Shown piece by piece: positions 58,337 through 64,000 of a stretch of DNA of 64,000 bases; the stretch's first letter is position 1, and the number at the start of each line of letters is the position of its first letter. Below the pieces are notes generated by a model. The model did no database searches. It saw only the letters and a list, made by a program, of their open reading frames with translations, and had not been told where the DNA came from. The position numbers and the translations under genes were made by a program. This DNA comes from Candidatus Coatesbacteria bacterium (lineage in GTDB: Bacteria > JAFGND01). The stretch lies in NCBI GenBank assembly GCA_016927185.1, contig JAFGND010000071.1, positions 62,001 to 126,000 on the forward strand, read 5' to 3'.

Positions 58337-58753
58337 TTATACATCCTCAATTTTTATTTCTGGTTCTAGTGATTTAAGAAATCCAGCTCTGTCAATTATT
58401 GCAAGTATGAGAAATGTTAATGTAAACGAGATGAATGATACAAGAATGGTTTTCCCCTCGCTAAGCCCATTTCTCGAGACAATAATATAAGTTAATGCAA
58501 GAATGACAACAGGAAAAACAAAGATAAGCAAGGTTGAGAGTATTGTCTGCCATTCCATACTCTCAACCTTAACTTTTTTTCCTATCTCTAAATTCCTGTT
58601 TTTTATTTTTTTTCTGGAAACAGTGAGTATCCTCTTGCCTTCAAGCATTTTGCAGTTGCACTTCTGGCTGCAGCTTTCACAATTATCTGAAGGATCTATC
58701 TTTATCCTTATTGATTTATCATCAAGTGATATTATTTCACCGTTCTCTGTCAT
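58337..58753 (-). CDS. RseC/MucC family membrane protein
   Basis: E.G.I, C..C....C.C, G..V.V, F..P, two TMs, terminal P.I. Confidence 0.85.
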   Translation of the reverse strand: MTENGEIISLDDKSIRIKIDPSDNCESCSQKCNCKMLEGKRILTVSRKKIKNRNLEIGKKVKVESMEWQTILSTLLIFVFPVVILALTYIIVSRNGLSEGKTILVSFISFTLTFLILAIIDRAGFLKSLEPEIKIEDV

Positions 58754-58759
58754 ATAATT

Positions 58760-59677
58760 CTATATTACATTAAGAAGCTTCATCATTATTGCTTTCTGCC
58801 CATGCAATCTGTTCTCAGCTTCATCAAAAACCACGGATTGCTTTCCATCCATTACCTCATCAGTTATTTCCCTTCCTCTTTCAGCAGGAAGGCAATGCAT
58901 TACTATTGCATTCTCGTTAGCATATTTTAAGAGTTTTGCATTTAACTGGAATGCCTTAAGCAGTCTCTCTTTTTTCTCTATCTGATCTTTTTGTCCCATG
59001 CTTGCCCAGACATCAGTATAGATTACATCAGCATCTTTTACAGCTTCTTTTGGATCATTAGTAAGTGTTATCCTGGACATTCCTGCCTTTTTTGCTTCTT
59101 TTAGAATATTCTTGTCAGGCTCACAACTGCTTGCTGTACCAATTCTCAAGTCTAATTTAAGAAGTTTGGAAGCATTCAGCCAGCTGTTAGTCATATTATT
59201 ACCATCTCCAATATATGCAATTTTCAGGTTTTCCAGACGTCCCTTGTGTTCAAGGACAGTCAGCAAATCGCAAACTACCTGACATGGATGAAGAAGGTCT
59301 GTTAATCCATTAATCACTGGAACTGTTGCATATTTAGCAAGTTCAACAACATCATTATGATTGAAAGTCCTTATCATTATCATTCCAAGATAGCGAGATA
59401 AGACTATTGCTGCATCATGTATTGTCTCTCGCTGTCCAAGTTTTATTTCATTATCCGTAATGTAAATTGCATTTCCACCTAATTGTGCAACTCCTACTTC
59501 AAATGAAATTCTTGTTCTAAGGCTTGCTTTGTGGAAAATCAAACCAACTGACTTTCCTTCAAGCGGTTTAGGGCATTTCCCAAATTTTGTGAGCATTTTC
59601 AATTCTTTTGCAAGATATATTGTTTCTATCAATTCTTCTCTTGTAAAATCAGGAATTGCCAGGAAATCTCGTTTCAT
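58760..59677 (-). CDS. argF: Ornithine carbamoyltransferase
   Basis: SLRTR.SFE, INGL, HPCQ, GDGNN, TDVWASMGQ, MHCLP, EAENRLH. Start moved to 59677 (AAGGAG RBS). Confidence 0.95.
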   Translation of the reverse strand: MKRDFLAIPDFTREELIETIYLAKELKMLTKFGKCPKPLEGKSVGLIFHKASLRTRISFEVGVAQLGGNAIYITDNEIKLGQRETIHDAAIVLSRYLGMIMIRTFNHNDVVELAKYATVPVINGLTDLLHPCQVVCDLLTVLEHKGRLENLKIAYIGDGNNMTNSWLNASKLLKLDLRIGTASSCEPDKNILKEAKKAGMSRITLTNDPKEAVKDADVIYTDVWASMGQKDQIEKKERLLKAFQLNAKLLKYANENAIVMHCLPAERGREITDEVMDGKQSVVFDEAENRLHGQKAIMMKLLNVI

Positions 59678-59921
59678 TTTGTCTCCTTTCAGCTGTTCAT
59701 TACACATCAAGTTTGTCTTTTTAATAATACTTTTCTGTTGCTTCAGATAATTGCCAAATTCCTCACAATGCACCAAATTTGCAAGGAGTTTAAACTTGCT
59801 TGAGAAATAACAGACAAGTTTAATCCATGAATTCATGGTTTTGTAATAACAAAGGTGTCTGTCTGAAGTTTTGCTTTTCTTGATCTTGACATAAACCTGT
59901 ATTTTTTTATCCCGAGTATAA

Positions 59922-60668
59922 ATGCTTATTTATTTATCCATGGTTTTATTGCTTCAGCCAATTCCAACTGACAGGATCAATAAGAAAGATAATGCAGAAT
60001 TGATATGGATAACTCCATCCAGCTTTATAGATATCATGGGCAAAAGAAGAAACTTGAATGGATTCTGGATATATAAATATGAAGTAACAAATGAACAGTT
60101 TGCAAGATTTTGTGATGAAACAAACAGGGATTATCCATCTGATCCAGATGATACAAAATGGGAACTTAATAATTATATGAAGAGTTTCCCAAAGTATCCA
60201 GTAGTAAACATTACCTGGCAGGAAGCAAAATCTTATGCTAGCTGGGCAGGAGGAAGGCTTCCTACAGAAATGGAGTGGGAGATTGCTTCAGAAGTGGATT
60301 ATAATAATAAATATATTTGGGGAAATAGCGAAGAAAATCTGGAAAATCTTGGTAATATTGCGGGACAGGAATTGAAGGATGTTTTTCCTGGATGGACTCT
60401 TGAAAAACATTGTGATAATTTCAAATGGACTTCTCCTGTTGGTTCTTTCAGGGCAAACAGGAATGGGATTTATGACATGACAGGAAATGCTTTTGAGTGG
60501 TGCGATGACTGGTTTTATGATAAAGACGAAAAAAAGATGACATTCAAGAAGGTTCTTAAGGGAGGTTCTTATTCATCTTACAAGGAGCAGCTATCTGCAC
60601 AATCCAGATTTGCTGAATATCCTGTAACAAGAAGCTCAAATATTGGTTTCAGAATTGTCATGCGATAA
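59922..60668 (+). CDS. FGE-sulfatase/SUMF1 domain protein (paralog 1)
   Basis: YEVTN, YPVVNITW, RLPTE.EWE, YDMTGNAFEWC, KGGSY, IGFR. Confidence 0.9.
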   Translation: MLIYLSMVLLLQPIPTDRINKKDNAELIWITPSSFIDIMGKRRNLNGFWIYKYEVTNEQFARFCDETNRDYPSDPDDTKWELNNYMKSFPKYPVVNITWQEAKSYASWAGGRLPTEMEWEIASEVDYNNKYIWGNSEENLENLGNIAGQELKDVFPGWTLEKHCDNFKWTSPVGSFRANRNGIYDMTGNAFEWCDDWFYDKDEKKMTFKKVLKGGSYSSYKEQLSAQSRFAEYPVTRSSNIGFRIVMR

Positions 60669-60679
60669 AAGGAGTCGAT

Positions 60680-61594
60680 ATGTCATTTTGCATTTTCTAT
60701 GGTTTTGTTTTATATTTGTTTTTTACATGCAGTCCTGCGAGTAATGTTAATGTAAAAGATGGTGCAAAAATAGTCTATATACCATCAGCTACATTTACCA
60801 TGGGAACAGATTCAACTGAAGTCTCTTTTCTCGAGGATCTTTACCTGAAAGCAACATCAGGAGATTATGACAAAGAGATGCTAAAGATGGAATTTCCAAG
60901 AAGGCAATCAACAGCAGGGAATTTCTGGATTTATCAATATGAGGTTACTAATTCTCAATATAAAATGTTTTGTGATCAGACAAAAAGACAATATCCTGCG
61001 GATCCAGATATATCATGGTTTCAAGGGTATTTCCTGAAAAATCCGAATTATCCTGTTATCAATGTAAGTTACTATGATGCTGATGCTTATGCAAAATGGG
61101 CTGGAGGGGATTTACCTACGGAGGATGAGTGGGAAAGAGTTGCCAGATCATCAGATAGAAGACTTTATCCCTGGGGCAATTCTTCAATAGGATTTGAGAG
61201 AGCAAATTTCAAACCATTGAGGAATGTAATAGGAGATGGTTATCCATATATTGCCCCAGTTGGTTCATATCCCTTTGGTTGTAATGCAAATGGAGTTATG
61301 GATTTGGCTGGAAATGTATATGAATGGTGTTCAACAACATACAGAGTACCATTTCAGGATCCAACCGATAAGACTATATACAGGATAATAAGAGGTGGTT
61401 CATGGTCAAGTAGTTATTTTGAGCTTAGATGTGCTCACAGGGGTTTTTTTAATGAAAACCTGAAAGCAGCATTTATAGGATTCAGGATAGTAATAAGAAA
61501 AGCTCAGGAAACAACTACTCCAATAAAAACTGCAGTAACTAGTCCAAAGCAGGAACAGGTATCTGAAATAAAGCCTGAAGAAGTAAAGAAGTAG
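60680..61594 (+). CDS. FGE-sulfatase/SUMF1 domain protein, probably exported/lipoprotein (paralog 2)
   Basis: FTMG, YEVTN, YPVINVS, LPTEDEWE, YPWG, DLAGNVYEWC, RGGSW, IGFR. Confidence 0.9.
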   Translation: MSFCIFYGFVLYLFFTCSPASNVNVKDGAKIVYIPSATFTMGTDSTEVSFLEDLYLKATSGDYDKEMLKMEFPRRQSTAGNFWIYQYEVTNSQYKMFCDQTKRQYPADPDISWFQGYFLKNPNYPVINVSYYDADAYAKWAGGDLPTEDEWERVARSSDRRLYPWGNSSIGFERANFKPLRNVIGDGYPYIAPVGSYPFGCNANGVMDLAGNVYEWCSTTYRVPFQDPTDKTIYRIIRGGSWSSSYFELRCAHRGFFNENLKAAFIGFRIVIRKAQETTTPIKTAVTSPKQEQVSEIKPEEVKK

Positions 61595-61600
61595 CTGATT

Positions 61601-63136
61601 TTGAGTCTAACTAATATTACAATAAAAAATATAGGTTTTAATTTTCTGGCAACTTTGGGAGAAAGAGGATTAACAACAATAGCAAGGCTTATCATGTTCG
61701 GTGTTCTTGCCAATTCGGATATCGGTCTTGCATCATTTGCTATACTGGTTCTAGATTTCGCCACCAAATTCAGGGATCTGGGATTAGGTCAGGCAGTAAT
61801 CTATTTTGATGAAAAAATTGATGAAATGCTTGATACAAGCCTTTTCTTGATTGCTGGTTTCAGTCTTATTCTTTGCATTGGAGCTTTTTTCAGTTCAACA
61901 TTAATAGGGAATTTCTTTAATGATCCTCTCAGCATACCTATGATAAAAGTGATATCAATTCAAATTTTTCTCGGTTCACTTGCTTCAGTCCCTTGGTTGT
62001 ATATTTATAAAACACTTAAATTCAAGTATTTGATGTATCAGAGAATTATTGGAGCTTTTCTGATAGCAGTTCTATCAATAAGTTTTGCATATATGGGATT
62101 CAGGGCATGGAGTATTGTATTACCATTAGTTATAGTGGAATTCTTTAATATCACATTTCTTTGGCTTATAGCAGGTTATAAACCTAGAATAAGATTTAAT
62201 CCTGAAATCGCTAAAAAGATGTTTTCTTATAGTAAATACATTGTATTATCAGCGATTATTGCATTTCTGACAGTTAATATGGATAGAGGTTTCATTCAGA
62301 AAATACTTGGCTCCGGATCCCTAGGAATTTTTACTGTTGGGATGACACTGGTCTATCAACCAATAATACAACCTTATCATCAAATAGAGTCTGTAATGTT
62401 TCCAACTTTCTCCATGATAAAAGATGATATAGAGAAGTACAGAAAAGCTTATTTGAGGGCAATTGGCTTGATTTGCACATTAACATCATTTGTAACTGGT
62501 TTCATATTTATTGCAGTGGAATACTTCATCCCAATTATCTATGAATCCAGGCTTTATCCTGCAATATCAATAGCAAAGCTTCTGAGCTTACTTTTTTGTA
62601 TCAGAACAATTGCTTCAACATCAAGTCCTGTTTTCAGATCTAAGGGAAAGCCAGAATTCATAAGTTTTATCTCAGGAGGGCAAGGATTGCTTGTCTTCAT
62701 TTTGTTAACTTATTTTGGTATGGGATTGAATTTAACTCAAATATGCAATGTTTTGATAGGTATTCAAGTTTTATCTCTTATTGCAGCATTATATTACAGT
62801 TTTAAATTTGCGAATGTGGCACTCTTTGAAGGGATAAAGATGGTTCTAAAACCATTAATCGCAGCATCTCTTTCTACAGCTATAAGTTACTATCTTATTA
62901 AGATGATATTGGATAAAGGTATTTTTAGTTTCAGAATTCTCAATACAATTTCTATTTTCATGAAAAATAGTTTAAAGATCCCAGCCTTGCCTGAAGCAAT
63001 TAATGGGCTTGTCCTTTCTATTTTCATATATGTAATCATGGGATTTATCTTTAATATATTGATTAATAAAGGATTATTTGTTTATACATTCGAAAAATTA
63101 AGAGAATATTACAGGCAAATCAGGATTTTTTCTTGA
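61601..63136 (+). CDS. Wzx-type (PST family) polysaccharide flippase
   Basis: DLGLG.AVI, FFNDP, A..GF.AWS.V, D...I.K.LG...LG.F, V.FP.FS; about 14 TMs. Confidence 0.88.
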   Translation: MSLTNITIKNIGFNFLATLGERGLTTIARLIMFGVLANSDIGLASFAILVLDFATKFRDLGLGQAVIYFDEKIDEMLDTSLFLIAGFSLILCIGAFFSSTLIGNFFNDPLSIPMIKVISIQIFLGSLASVPWLYIYKTLKFKYLMYQRIIGAFLIAVLSISFAYMGFRAWSIVLPLVIVEFFNITFLWLIAGYKPRIRFNPEIAKKMFSYSKYIVLSAIIAFLTVNMDRGFIQKILGSGSLGIFTVGMTLVYQPIIQPYHQIESVMFPTFSMIKDDIEKYRKAYLRAIGLICTLTSFVTGFIFIAVEYFIPIIYESRLYPAISIAKLLSLLFCIRTIASTSSPVFRSKGKPEFISFISGGQGLLVFILLTYFGMGLNLTQICNVLIGIQVLSLIAALYYSFKFANVALFEGIKMVLKPLIAASLSTAISYYLIKMILDKGIFSFRILNTISIFMKNSLKIPALPEAINGLVLSIFIYVIMGFIFNILINKGLFVYTFEKLREYYRQIRIFS

Positions 63137-64000
63137 TAATACAGATTATCAAGAACAGGATATTCAGGATAAGCAAATACATTGCCAGATTAGAAAAACC
63201 TGTTATCAGGCTCATTGTATATAGAACAACACCAATTGTTGAACCGAGATAATCATAAGTCCATACTATCGCAGTCTTTTCACTGTGATTTTGGGAAACT
63301 GAAATGAAAAGGCTTCCATTAGATATTCCTAGAAGAAATAAAAGTAATCCAATAAGAATTTTACCCCAAATATATTCAGACAAAATATTGCTTATACAAA
63401 AACCAAGCATAAATACCATTAATATCAAAATCATTATTGAAAAGAGATAATTGCTTTTAATTGAAAGTGTTACAAGATTCTTAATCATTCCTCCAGTAAT
63501 CAATCCGAGCATGAAAATTATATATAAACCTGATATATAATAATAGAGTGCTGCATGAAGACTCTGGAATAGTAGAATAAAAATCAATTCATAGGATATG
63601 CAAGCCATTGTAAATAGAGCAATTACATTGAAATCTCTATTTGGATTAAAAGTGATTAGTGAAATTAAAAAAAGTACTAAAAGAAGACAAATCATTAAAT
63701 AATCAAGTATTTTTTTACCAATTAGTTCATGAATAGTATTTTCTATGAAAAGATTATTTTCCCATAAAGTATTCCAGTAAATTGAAGCAAGAAGGACAGT
63801 TACGGGCTTGTTATCCCTGTTTATTTCTCCTTTCTCCATGTTCAATTTGCCAATAAGCTCATTTGTTCTTATATCATTAATATATGCAGATATATTCTCC
63901 CTCATTATATATTCATTATTATCTATTTCTGGATGCCAGTTGGCAACTATTTCTTCTACAGATTGAGAAATCCTGCCATTACCTGCTACGATAAAAATCT
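63120..64000 (-). CDS. C-terminal part of a multi-TM protein, probably membrane-fused spermidine-synthase-like (5' end outside window)
   Basis: The frame stays open to the window edge. It has INRDNKP, followed by TMs with YELI....FQ...G/A.LY, FMLGL..G and D.LGS..G. Confidence 0.6.
   Translation of the reverse strand, partial: IFIVAGNGRISQSVEEIVANWHPEIDNNEYIMRENISAYINDIRTNELIGKLNMEKGEINRDNKPVTVLLASIYWNTLWENNLFIENTIHELIGKKILDYLMICLLLVLFLISLITFNPNRDFNVIALFTMACISYELIFILLFQSLHAALYYYISGLYIIFMLGLITGGMIKNLVTLSIKSNYLFSIMILILMVFMLGFCISNILSEYIWGKILIGLLLFLLGISNGSLFISVSQNHSEKTAIVWTYDYLGSTIGVVLYTMSLITGFSNLAMYLLILNILFLIICIIKKKS

Noticed and set aside
59678-59836. 53-aa N-terminal extension of ArgF in the ORF track (similar extensions at 28832-28888, 49971-50069, 22090-22134)
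   Set aside because: Better starts with RBS or stop-start coupling lie downstream. The extensions run through intergenic, terminator or upstream-gene sequence.
59922-61594. Diversity-generating retroelement targeting the FGE/C-type-lectin genes
   Set aside because: There is no reverse transcriptase in the window, and the two 3' ends are not near-identical adenine-variant repeats.
306-61767. Numerous 60-140 aa ORFs antisense to or nested in long genes
   Set aside because: They are shadows of well-supported genes, with no motifs or RBS.
1-64000. Prophage, IS, integron, CRISPR array or rRNA
   Set aside because: No integrase, transposase, phage structural gene, regular repeat-spacer array or rRNA-like segment was seen. 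Intergenic gaps are all short.

Overview
AT-rich, gene-dense chromosomal window from a diderm bacterium (LpxL-type acyltransferase, LolC/E-type permease, outer-membrane beta-barrels, dcw cluster, rho). I found no mobile element, CRISPR array or rRNA. Housekeeping content: pth, rplY, tRNA-Gln(UUG), spoVG, ispE, rho, the mraZ-to-ftsZ dcw cluster, ispF, dgkA and argF. The best candidate for an undescribed system is a translationally coupled three-gene module at 20951-24475, behind rho-lpxL. It encodes a short SMC ATPase with SMC5/6-like head motifs and a CxxC at the arm apex instead of a normal hinge, a possible kleisin, and a tandem winged-helix protein resembling Nse1/Nse3 KITEs. No JetD or SbcD nuclease is nearby. 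Other notable items: an archaeal-type GatD without adjacent gatE, coupled to a 1380-aa orphan; a tandem GlnD/GlnE-type nucleotidyltransferase; a GT2/radical SAM/GT-C/SDR operon; a dcw cluster lacking mraY and murG, with a KTS-variant FtsI; and an HhH-barrel/FHA-PrsW/PAS pseudo-kinase operon. All family calls come from motifs recognised by eye, and no database searches were run.
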